From: Euglena gracilis
Taxonomy: Eukaryota
Reading direction: 5' to 3'
Assembly: GCA_039621445.1 (NCBI GenBank)
Contig: CP154954.1
Coordinates: 15,580,140-15,644,139, forward strand
Length of the DNA: 64,000 nucleotides
A model generated the notes under the pieces. It saw nothing but the letters and a program-made list of their open reading frames with translations, had not been told where the DNA came from and searched no databases. Below are positions 24,501 to 36,500 of this stretch, piece after piece. How positions within the stretch are numbered: position 1 is the stretch's first letter; each line of letters begins with the position of its first letter. The position numbers and the translations under genes are program-made.

Positions 24501-27500
24501 CCCCCAGTGACCCACAACCCATCCACCCGTTCAAACCGCAGTGTTTGGTGAAAATCGTCATACCAGTTCCCAGTGAAAATATGTCTCCAGTGCTTTTCAC
24601 CCTTGATTCTTTTAGGGCATGTGTTCTTTTCAAAAACTAAACGCCAACATTTGATTGACCTCCACCCAGTGCCTCTGAGATGAATAAACCTTTTTGCTGC
24701 ATGCAGTGAGTTACAAGGCCTAACATGATGGCAACATGCTGACAGGCAACAGGCAGCAGGAATGCACCGCTCAAGGTGCAGGGCAATGTGTGGGCGGCCA
24801 CTCAACCCCCATATTTCATCCTACCCAAGGACCCTCTCCCTCTCTAGGGACCCTGCCCGCCCAAAATTGACTGAAAACCCTTGAAAACAGATCAGTTCGA
24901 CCTGGCCAGACTGACTCATGGAACACCCCACCTCAGAGTGGGTGGATGGATTGTGGGCCACTGGACCCCCCCCCCCCCCAGTGACCCACAACCCATCCAC
25001 CCGTTCAAACCGCAGTGTTTGGTGAAAATCGTCATACCAGTTCCCAGTGAAAATATGTCTCCAGTGCTTTTCACCTTGTTTTCAATGTCTTTTCAAAAAC
25101 TAAACGCCAACATTTGATGACCTCCACCCAGTGCCTCTGAGATGAATAAACCTTTTTGCTGCATGCAGTGAAGTTACAAGGCACATGTAATCCACCGAAT
25201 GGTAACCAAGACATCAATGAAATAGAGTCTGTGCCAAAAAAAAAAGCATTTGGGCTTTCGGCTGACCCTGCTGCTAGCGTCATGGACCTGCATACGTCGT
25301 GGCGGGCGGGCGGCCTGCCACTGCTGAAGTTCCGTGCAGGGATCCACACTGGCGAATGTCTCGTCGGCAACTTCGGCCAGGGCTGAGCGATCGCTGTTTA
25401 TTTTTCTGTTGGACTCCCAGCTACCAGCAGCCACCATCGCGTTTCTGAGGATGTGCAGATGGATGGATAGATAAATAGACAGATGCATCCATACATTACA
25501 TACCTTCAGAGATAGATAGATGGATTGATGGATGGATGGATGTGTATCCACATACACACATGCACACATACACATTTATGTATGTATACACATGCATGCA
25601 TGCAGACGTGAATACATACAACACACAGCCATACAAGCATTCATGCAGCATGCATCCATCCATCCGTCCATCCATCCATCGATCCATCCATCCATCCATC
25701 GATCCATCCATCGATCCATCCATCTATCCACCCGTCCATCCACCCATCCACCCATCTAACCATCCATCCACCCACCGACACACCCATCCACCCACATCCA
25801 TCCATCCATTCCTCCATCCATCCATCCGTCCATGTACGCACACATGCATGCACACATACATACATACATACATAGGTAAACACATACATACATACATACA
25901 TACATACATACATACATACATACATACATACATACATACATACATACATACATACATACATACATACATACATACATACATACATACATACATACATACA
26001 TACATACATACATACATACATACATACATGCATGCATGCATGCATGCATGCATGCGTGCATGCATGATGGATGCATGCGTGCGTGTATGCGTGCGTGCGT
26101 GCGTGCCTGCCTGCCTGCCTGCGTGCGTGCATGCATGCATATATACATATAAACATGCATACAGACATACGTACGCATAGGTATGTTTCTATGCTTACAA
26201 GGAATACCGGGAATGATCTTATTCCGGAGGTTGTTAATCCGGACGCTCAAATTCCGTTGGCCCAAAGGCCGTACCGGAATTTGTGATTCTGAACTTCGCG
26301 TTTTTTAAATTAGGTCTCGCATGTAACAAAAAAATGCCAGAAGGATGGGAAAAAAGCAGTCTACAAGGTTGAGCGTGACATGGATTACATGTAACTAGTC
26401 TACAGTTTCACAGAACGCTCATCCCAGTTGATTCCTTCGTTGGGTCAATTTTTTTTTGTGTTTCGGGCTGAGTGACCTGAGTCTGTTTCCTTCCCAGAAC
26501 GATAGCCAGGGTGAGTGAGAGCAGTTCACAGTTGGTCCAGTTCACTGAAAGTCGATTTTGCAAAATTTGAGCACCTGAAACTTTGAAAAGTGGCAGTGAA
26601 GTCAATTGAAGGTGTGCATTTTTTTCAGCTGAGAAGCAAGTTCCAGATGCTTAAAGGTTCCTTGGCAAGCAACAATTCCACCTTAATTGGTTTGCGCGGC
26701 CTTGATTTTTCTGTTGTCCATGTTCTTGTGCGTTTTTTTTATATAGTTTTTTTGTAGCTTTTCCTGATGGAATTTTCAAAAAAAATGAAAATTTCAACTT
26801 ACTAAGTCAACTCCCACAGGTTGAAATGGACTTTTTGGGGTTCCTCGACCTCAAAAATCCCCACTCCCCCTTTTGAAAGGCTTAAACCACCAAAAAATAA
26901 CAGCATTTTTTTGCCATACGTTTTCGCAAATTTTCGGGCATTTAGGCCTCATTGCGCCAAAACTGGGTTTTCAACCCTGCTAAACCAGCAGCCGAAACCA
27001 ATGTTTTTGGATTCCTGCCGCTGAACTCGCAGGGGAACCAAAAAAAATGTTCAAAAAAGGATGCCACGTTTTGCGGTCGTTTAACGAAATGAACGCCGGT
27101 GCACTCTGGGCGGTGTAACATATCGGCGTCCGGTTTAAATGTCGACCGAAATTAATGTCGTCCGGAATAAGAGCCGCCGGAGTTAGATCGTCCCCGGTAT
27201 ACAAAATTTTGGGTATTATGTCATCATCATTGCATCGGCGATGTCAGAAAAATTTAGTATTCTGATAGCGTTGATCACAGAACATGAATTATAATACAGT
27301 GCCATCATATTGTATTCAGAATACAAGATACATCGCTCAAAAAATGCATATTTGCTTATGTTTTTCTCGTTTTTTGTTTTGTTTTTGAAAACACTGCTTT
27401 CCACCAGGCAATCCATTACCTGTAGCCACGCACCTATGCCGACCGCAGCTGACCGCAGCCGACCACAGCCGACCGCAGCCAACCGCGGCCGACCGTGGGT

Positions 27501-30500
27501 TTCAGGACTGTCATAGGTGGGTTGCCGACCGCAGCCGACCGCAGCCGACCGCAGCCAACCGCGCAACTTTTTTCTAATTGATGCCAATTTTTCAGTGAGA
27601 ATGAGGAATTAGGCTCATTTTTATCCCAGATTTTGAGGTTTTTCTGGCTCATCTGGCTCATGTTGTCACTTTTGGCCACTTTTGACCATTTTAGGTCGCT
27701 TTTGTCACATTTTGGCCCATTAGTCACCATAATTCCCCCATTTTGACCTATTTTGACCTTTTTGGACCACTTTTTGCCCACTTTTTGTAATTTTGGGCCA
27801 TTTTGTCGCCCTGGGGCCATTTTGGGCCATCTTTGACCATTCAAGCCATTTTCGACCTTTTTTGTTATTTTTGCCCATTTTTTGGTCTCTTTTTCGTCCA
27901 ATTTGACATTTTTGAGCATTTTGAGCCAGTTTGTTGCCAAAAGTGAACAAAAGCTGCCAAAGTGACCAAAATTGGCCAAAAGCAGAGCCATTTTTGCGCC
28001 AGTTTTGACTTTTTTGGACCACTTTGGGCTTTTTTTTGTTTTTGTCTGTTTTTGGTAACTTTTTGGTCCATTTTAATCATTTTTGACCATTTTTCGCCAG
28101 GTGCAGCTTCTGGAGTCGCAAAAACAGTGGCCAAAGCAGCCTTTCTTTGGCCTCTTTTGCCCACTTTTGGCATTTTAACCATTTTTGGCCACTTTTAGGC
28201 CATATTTTAGGTCACGTTTGGCTGCTCTTGATGTGAAAAGCAACAAACGACGTTTAAAGTGGCCTGAAAGTGGCCAGAAGTGGATAAAAGTGGTCAAAAG
28301 CAGAGAAAAGTGGGCAAAAGAGGCCAAAAGTGGTCAAAAGAGGTCAAAGAAAAGCAAAAGGTGGCCAAAAGCAGCCAAAACACAGCAAAAAGTGGGCAAA
28401 AACAACAAAAGTGACTAAAAGAAAGTGTTATATGCTCATTTTTTGTTGGCCTGCCCCCCCACCTACGGCCGACTATTTTGCCGACCGCTGCCGACCGCAG
28501 CCAACCGCAGCCGACCGCGACCGACCATGACCGACCGCAGTCGACCGCGGGCTAAAATTTGGAATCTGTCATAGGTGCTTGCCTGTAGCCCCCACCTACA
28601 AACCCCTGGATTCAAAAGACATCTGGTCAGCGGAAAGCCGTATTTTATAAGTCAAGGGTTTGTCAAATCCCCAAAGCAATCCCAACCCCCCCCAGATTTT
28701 GTCAGAATTGCGTTTTTTTGATCATGTTCACTCATGTAAAAATTGCCAGAACAATCAGGTTTTAGTGGGTTTCGGCAAAAATGGCGTCCCCAGGTTTTTC
28801 ATTTTCTTCATGGTTCACGTCTTTTGGTTGGGGGGTTATGAGTGTGAGGGTTCCATTATCCTGTGCATCCATTCATGCAGTTTCACATGCGCAACATTCC
28901 GGGTATGTGGAATATTCTGAACTTCAAACCCCCCCCCAGGGTTCGATATAAGGAGGGCGTACATGGTTTAGGTGGGGGGGGGCCGTCCGCCCCCCCCCCC
29001 CCCCCCCCGCCCCCCCCCCGGCCCCCGGGGGGGGGTCCCGGCCCCCCCCCCCCCCCCCACCTGCAAGGGGGGTCCGGACCGACCCTCGGGGGCAAAAATT
29101 GACCCCCCCCAAAAAGGGTCAATTTTTTCCTCCGGCGCTTCGCGCCGAAAATTTTTTGCATTTTTGGCACATTTTTGCCCAAAAAGTGCCCAAAATGGCA
29201 CTTTTGGTCGTTTTGGGGGTCAAAAATTTTCGGACCGGCGCTTCGCGCCGGGCCGAAATTCGGCCACCCTGACCGCGCACCTGTTTAGGTGGGGGGGGGT
29301 GTCCCCCCCCCACACCCCCCCCCCCCCCCCCGGCCCGCAGGGGGGGGGGTCCGGACCACCCCCCCCCCCCACCTGTCCTTATATCGAACCCTGCCCCCCC
29401 CTCTACCGGCCATCTGCCGGCAGAATCCTCTCTCGGGCCCTGGGGCCGGCTGCAGCTACCGCGTCAGCTACACCTGCCTGGGCGACGGGGTGGGCCAGCC
29501 CCCTCCTTGCACATCCTTGGCATATTTTTGGGACGTTTTTGAATGGGTGACTGCGCTGTTAGTTTCAGCGAAGGATGCATTTTTGATTTTATATATTTTT
29601 GTAGTCAAAGACCTTTTTCTGGATATTCTTTCCCAAAAATTGGAACTGGATCTTGGCCAGACTTTCAGTTAGTGCGCCGCACAAAATTTTTTCTGTGCGC
29701 CGCAAGCGCCGCAGGAAAATTTGATTATGCGCCGCAAGCACCGCAGCAAAAAATCCACCGTGCGCCGCCTGTGCCGCAGCAAAAAAATTCCGTGTGCCGC
29801 AAGCGCCGCAGCATTATTTTCACCATGTGTTGTAAGCACTACATTTTAATTTCACCTTTCTTCCCCTAATAAAAATAAGAGTGAGGCCGGTGCTACCATG
29901 GTGAAGCACAGCTTTGCCAAAAGCCCGGGTGTGAGCGCCTTTGTGGTTCAAAGTGCACCACAGTAAAATTTCAGCAAAAAAATTATGTGCGCCGCAAGCA
30001 CCGCAGCAAAAAAAATTTTGCGCCGCAAGCACCGCAGCAAAATTTTGTCCATGCGCCGCATGCGCCGCAGAAAAAAATTTTTGCGCCGCACAGAACTTCC
30101 TGAGTCGCACTAACTGAAAGTCTGATCTTGGCTCGGTGGCTTGCTCACAGACTTGTCAAAGGGATTGTTCCCCACCCCCAAGGCCGGTTGTACGTCGTCC
30201 AACTAGCAGGTTTTTTTCAACCCTGTACCCATGCCCACCGATGAATTTCAATGCCTAGTCACCAAAGGGTGACTGGACGAAAGCAGCCTTGCTGAAGCTG
30301 CGTTTTTTTCCTTTATAATTTTCCATTTTCCCATAAAAATGTAGTATATTTTGGTTTAAAATTTAGGGGGTCCACCTGCCTCATCCGGAAAAGGCGAATG
30401 GCAGCAAGGAAGTTGGCACACACAAATATTTTATTTTCAAACTGAATTTTACCAATTGGCCCAGTTTCGACCCATTTTGTCCTGAGTCGAAAATTTTGAC

Positions 30501-33500
30501 TTATCCTCTGCCCCAATAGAGGAAACAGAAATACTGCACATTTTTCAAACCAAAAGAAATATTTTGAGAAGTAACGAATTCCCAAAAAAAAGAAGTGCGA
30601 GAAATTTCCACTCCTGGTCAATTTCCCCCCAATTTGATCAATTTTGGGGAGCCCGAAGTGAGGCATGATGTGCCCCCCTTGTCCAACGACTGGGATTGTC
30701 TAACAACCTCCCCCAGTCAGGTGCGATCGTTTTGTGTGTGATGTCGGTTTGATCAGTGTAGAACAAATTGTTGATATAATTTGTTTCACAGAAGCTTGTT
30801 TTGTAAATTTTTGGGGTGACAACCACTGAAAACACAAAAAGGGCTCGAAAAAGGGCTGTATGCCCCCCCCCCAAATGGACATGGGTAAAATGACTAAAAT
30901 TGATATAAGTGTGCAAGGTTGCGACAAACGACCGAGATTTTGCTTAAAGTTGGCCAAAAATATGGCCAAATACGATGCCAAAATTGGGCAAAAACCGCCC
31001 AAAATGGCCATGTACCCCGTCTCTGGTCAATTCTCTTTGCTGATTTAGCTCCCCCCCCTGTCTAACGGCCACCCCCCTGGTGGGAGATGAACATTGGCTG
31101 TTTTTGCCACCACCCAAGAAAAATCTTCACCTTTCAGGTGGCAAATTGCCCAATAAAACGGCATCAAAATATTTGTGATGAAATTTGTTATCGCCTCATT
31201 CGCAGGAAGTTTCTGTTCTGGACATGGTCAAACATAGTGCCATAGTTGCCATGTGAATTTTAAAGATATTTCCTTCTGGCACATTCACCCATGTTGGTGT
31301 TGCCCAAGAAGGGCGCTGGCCGGCAACCTTTCCTCCCGTCTGGAAGGGCTGAACAAGAAGTTCGGGCTCAGGCTGCCCCATACCCCCAACTCAAATAAAG
31401 CTGGGTTGAGCAATTTCAAGCAGCCAGCAGGTCTAAAAACCAAGGGCTTGTATGCACCCCCCCTCCCCCCGGTCGGAGGACACCTTTTCAGAGACTTTTC
31501 CAGATTTTGTTGGCCTGGCGCACAGCACTGGGCCGAAAATTTTTGAACCCAAAATTGGCCAAAAATTGACCAGAATGCCATATTTTGACATTTTTTGGGC
31601 AGAAATTGGTCAAAATCGCCCAAAAAATTTCGGCGCAAAGCTCCGAAAGGAAAATTTGGCCATTTTGGGGGGCGTGGAGTACCATGCACCCCCCCCCCCC
31701 CCGGTTGGAGGACACCCCTTCGGTCCCAGCCCCATGTCCAACGACCACCCACCGGTCGTTGAACAAAGGGTAGTTTCTTTATCGGAAGCCAAGCTTGATA
31801 TTTTGATTTACAAGTTGAGGTGTTCGGGATAGTATCCGATGATGCGGGGTGAAATGCACTGGTGGTTTCTGGCCTTCTGTTTCTCTCCCCACTCCGCTGT
31901 GCATCGCTCATCTATTTCCCTTGTCTAAGGTTATGGTATTTTTGTATTTTCAGGGTGAAGAAGTTAACCTTTTTCCAGGCATGGGGGAAATACGTGGCTC
32001 ATTTCTCTGAGTTCTGCAATTCCACACGGGGCAAGAAAAAGCCCATTGAAGGTAAAACAGAAAAAAAAACAGGAAAAGTTTTCAAGGACAAAGTGCATTT
32101 TCCGTGCAGTCAGTTTTGATGCGGTTGAAGATGATAATTTAGCTTGAGTTTTTTTTCTTTGCTCTTTGTAGGTTGACTTGGTGTTTTGGGAAGTTGGGAA
32201 CACACATTCTACAGCTTGTCCGAAAATTTGGCATCGACAACCAAGTGCAATCCATATGTGTTTTTATCATCCAAAAATTGTTTGAAAACACGAGGGCAAA
32301 ACACCCAGGAAAGGTTGTCGTTTTCCAGCCTGTGACGTTGTCATCTCGCCCGAGCGTTTTTGCCTGATCCAGCCCTCGCATTCTCGAGGGTTTTACCTCG
32401 GTTTGTGCCCACTTGTCAGGAACCACCTTCTGTGGGGGGGTGCGCATTGCCAATGCTCAAATCTCAGGGTTTTCCTTTTTTATTATTATCCCAGAATATC
32501 CGCTTCAGGGCGTCGCTCAAGCTGAAGTGAACCTCATCCTCCCCAAGCCGATTTTTTTCCGGTCCCGGACCCCCTCCCCTCCCCATCAACGAGGGTTTTA
32601 AATTATTTTCCAGCCACCCTTTGGGCGGCTGGACGGTAATGGATTTTTTGTTTTTTCTGGTGCAGAAATGGGCCAAAAATGGGCCAAAATCGGGCAGGGC
32701 AGCATTTTGGATGAAAAAAATTCATCACCATTTTTTTTTGCATAATTGGCAGCTTTTTGGGGCGTTTTTGGAGTTTCGATTTTGGCACCCGGTTCGACAC
32801 CCAGACTGGCCCAATTCGAGCCCTGGGACTCCTATGGGGGGGTCCTCTGAGCTCCCCCTCCCTGGGGTCACTCACGAGGTCAGGTGCAGCGTCCGGAAAT
32901 GGAGGTCAGGAGGCGGGGTCTTTGTCTGGAACTGGGTTGTCACTTGGACACCCTGTTCTTCATGTCAGTGCTGGGGGGGGGGGTCGGGGATGGTGGAGGT
33001 GGCGGGGGGGCGACACTCTCCCAAGTGAATGTGGAGGGGCAGCCTGCCGGTGACCTACATTTGTGTCTCCCAGTCCACGTTTGAGGCGTGTCCAGAGGAT
33101 TTCCATTTCAGGCAGCTGGCAAAGGTGACGGTGCCTGGCAAGGCTGCCCAGGCGCCGAGACTCCGACAGAGTTCTCCCCACCCAATTTACCTCGGTACAA
33201 ACAGCTATCAGGCCCGCTGAGCCATCGTCCCCACAAGGCCTTAACCTTCCAGTGGCAGTCATATAAGGTCAGGCTAACTCCAGTTTCTGATGATTTTGAA
33301 GGGCTCGAATTTGTATGCCTTTTTCAAGCGGCCAAGCCATTTTTCTTGTACCTTCGAATCATCTTCATTCTTTCTGACGCAGAGGGCTTTGGCATTCCAT
33401 TTGCTGCTTCTCAATTTGGCATTGTTGACGTGCTATACAGTTGGAAGCCAACCCTTTCTCGGGGACTTCATGCAAGGTTTTGTTGTGCAGAGGCCTCTCA

Positions 33501-36500
33501 TATTTAATGCCAACCCTCGGGGAGGAACCCCTGGAGAGTTTTTTAGAAACTTTGACCCAAAATTGAAACCTAAACTGGTTGCCCCTTCCGAGACCCAGGG
33601 GCACCCCCTATGGGGCGGGTGGTGAGTACCAACCCCTCCCTCCCCTTTGGGTCCTTATTATTAAAATATTAATTATATTAAACACATAATAGTGCATGAA
33701 TTAATTGGATAGGAATACACATAATGTGTTAATTATGAATTGATATATTAAATACACTAAACCCGGGGCAGTTCAAGATTTTATTTTCCGTTTTGTTTGG
33801 CCCCTGCCAGGGAGGTTCTTTCCGTGTACGAGGTGCTATGCACGTACATGGGGTACGCCGCGGCACAAAGCCCAACAGCGTCCGAGCTTCCCGGGGCGGT
33901 CAGCATGGACGTGGAGGAAATGGAGCATCCAAGGGAGATTTACAAGCCTGTCAAGTCACCACCCAGGGATTTCAATGCTCGCTTTGCCATCCCCTGATCA
34001 CATTCTTTTTAGCTTCAGCCTTCTCAGCCATTCACACATCTGTTCAAATTTGGGATATGTCACCTTAAAACAACAATTTCAACATTGCTTCATGATGACC
34101 TCGGTTCACGTTCTTCTGTGGTCAAGCAGCTTTGGACAGTGTGCAAACGTTTTACAGAAAATTGAGAAATTGACGCATTGAATGAAGGCAACAGTGTTGA
34201 AAGTCATCGAAGGATTCAAAAGAGTAGGGAGGTGATACCATTTGGATGCGCACACCCAGCTAACAGATCAACCAACATCCAGATGAGCTTTTGATGAGCT
34301 TCTGATCCTCCCCGCCTTTTCAGACATTATGCTCACGTGGCAGGCGATGTGATTTTTTTTAGATGTTGGAGTAAAACACGATTCTTCCCTCCCTGGGCAG
34401 GAGGGAAACTGTCTTTCCCAACCACATGCAATCATGCACGATGCACCTCCGCAGGCATTTTTCAAGGAGCGACCACAATGCCTGGCCTCAAGTGCCATGC
34501 CAGGCAGGAGCCTGGAAGTCTACACTCCTGTCCACGGCCAGAGATAACCCCCACACAGTTTCCCTCCCCACTCTCTTGGACTTTGGGTTTCCAGGTCTTT
34601 GGGTCCCCCCCCCCCCCCCCCCCGGGCAATTGACGCCCCCGGGCAATTGACGCCCCCGGGCAATTGACGCCCCCGGGCAATTGTCACCCCTGGCTGTGCC
34701 GGCCAATTTGTCACCCCGGGAAATTGTCACCCCCGTCCGTGCTGCCCAATTTGTCACCCCCCCTACAGAAGATGTTTGTGAACTTTCTTTTCACCAACAC
34801 GACTCGATTGATCCTCTATTTCGCCACAACATGCTGAGAAATGTCACATACCAAATGCTCTGCACAATATCACGACCATAGCTGCATTTTTGCGTGTTCA
34901 CTGGTGTTTCAGATGGTGTTTTTGGTCATTTGGATTTAATGTGGCCTACATCGGTGGGCAATTGACGCCCCCGGGCAATTGACGCCCCCGGGCAATTGTC
35001 ACCCCCCTCTGTGCTGGCCAAATTGTCACCCCGGGAAATTGTCACCCCCCTCCGTGCTGCCCGATTTGTCACGCGACAATTGCCCGGGGGGGGGGGGCGG
35101 GTATGGGGCCAGGAAGCAGTTCTCAGGTGCGGCCTGAGATTTGTTCTTCTGGGTCCTGTCTGGGCACCACCCCATCATTGGCCCACTGGTCACCCCCCTG
35201 GGGGGGGTAAGGTGGTAGGGGGGGGGGTCCCTCTTGAGGCTCAATATGAAACTTTGGGGAAAAAATGGCCGTAACTCCGGCCAGGCGGGGAGTTGCGGGG
35301 AAATCAAAATACTGTTAGATAGGGCATTTTAAGGTTTTCAATTTAGGTCTTTGACATTTCTTTTGATTTCCCACCATTTTTGAGAAATTTCAAAAACTTT
35401 ATTCTTTGACCCCCCCCCAAAAAACGCCGAAATCTTTGGCGACCGAAAACTGGAGGTAGGACGGGTCCCCCCCCCCCCTCCTCGGAGATTCCCATACAAG
35501 CTGTCGTCGTCACCCCTCCCTGCCCACCTTTGCGCAGCAGGGGGGTGCCTCCGGCCTGCCCCCAGGCAGGTGCCGTACCACTGGAGACGGGTGGACCGCA
35601 GTGCACTGCTGCGGTCCGCCGTCCGGTACGAGGAGGCGTACACCGCTGTGGCGGCTGGCAAACAGCCCGCTGTGCTGACTCCCCCGCTACTCACAGCCAG
35701 CTTTCCCAATGTTCAGTGGCAGTGGTGCTTCTGCCGGAAATTTTGGACCTCAGGGTCGGAAGACCAGGGACGCCTCATGTTGTATTTCCCGTTGCGCGTT
35801 GATATTGGACACGCCGAAACAGGCAAACAAAACAATTAAAAACCATTTGTGTACCTGCCCCTTCTTTCCCCTGGGCAATTCCCTCCCTCTTGCATGAGGC
35901 CACATCCTTTGTCTTTTTTTTATTATCTTTTTGCAATGGATGAGGGGCAAAAATGCCAGAAGAAAACCATACACAAATGAAGCATGTTGTGTGTTTCTGT
36001 GTGTTTTGTGGAATCTGCATCCCGTCAATTTTCCTGAATTCGTGGAATTCTTGAAATTGGCCATGGATAAGTTTATATCTTATTTGAGGGGCTCTGTAAA
36101 GGGGGGGGGGCAGTTGGATGTGATTCTTCCAGGGTATTTTAAACTCTTTCCTTCAACCAGATTTCCATCTCTCATATCCGACAATAGAGATCTGTCGGAT
36201 GTCGGCGGGGAGGCAAAAAAATGTTTTTGGCAGACCCTGTTTGCAGAACTATGGGTAGCTTCGGAAAGACAGAGAATATTACCCCCCCCCCCGCAAAAAA
36301 CTGACAGGGTGGGTCCCGAGCATCTCTTTAAGGTTTTGCAGACCCCCCCTTCCCAAGGGGGTCTGCAGCAGCCAGCTCCAATTTTGGCCCAGCCCAGCTG
36401 CAACAGCACCTCGGGGGGGGGGGGTGCTGCTTGCCCTGCTATGTGAAGTGCCGAATTTTTTTTGGCAAAAAGTGTTCAAAAATTGGCCCAGAATGGTGTT

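Noticed and set aside
34620-34680. CRISPR-like regular repeats (also 5820-6000 and 27440-27560)
   Set aside because: No unique spacers, no cas genes, eukaryotic context; these are MITE subterminal repeats.
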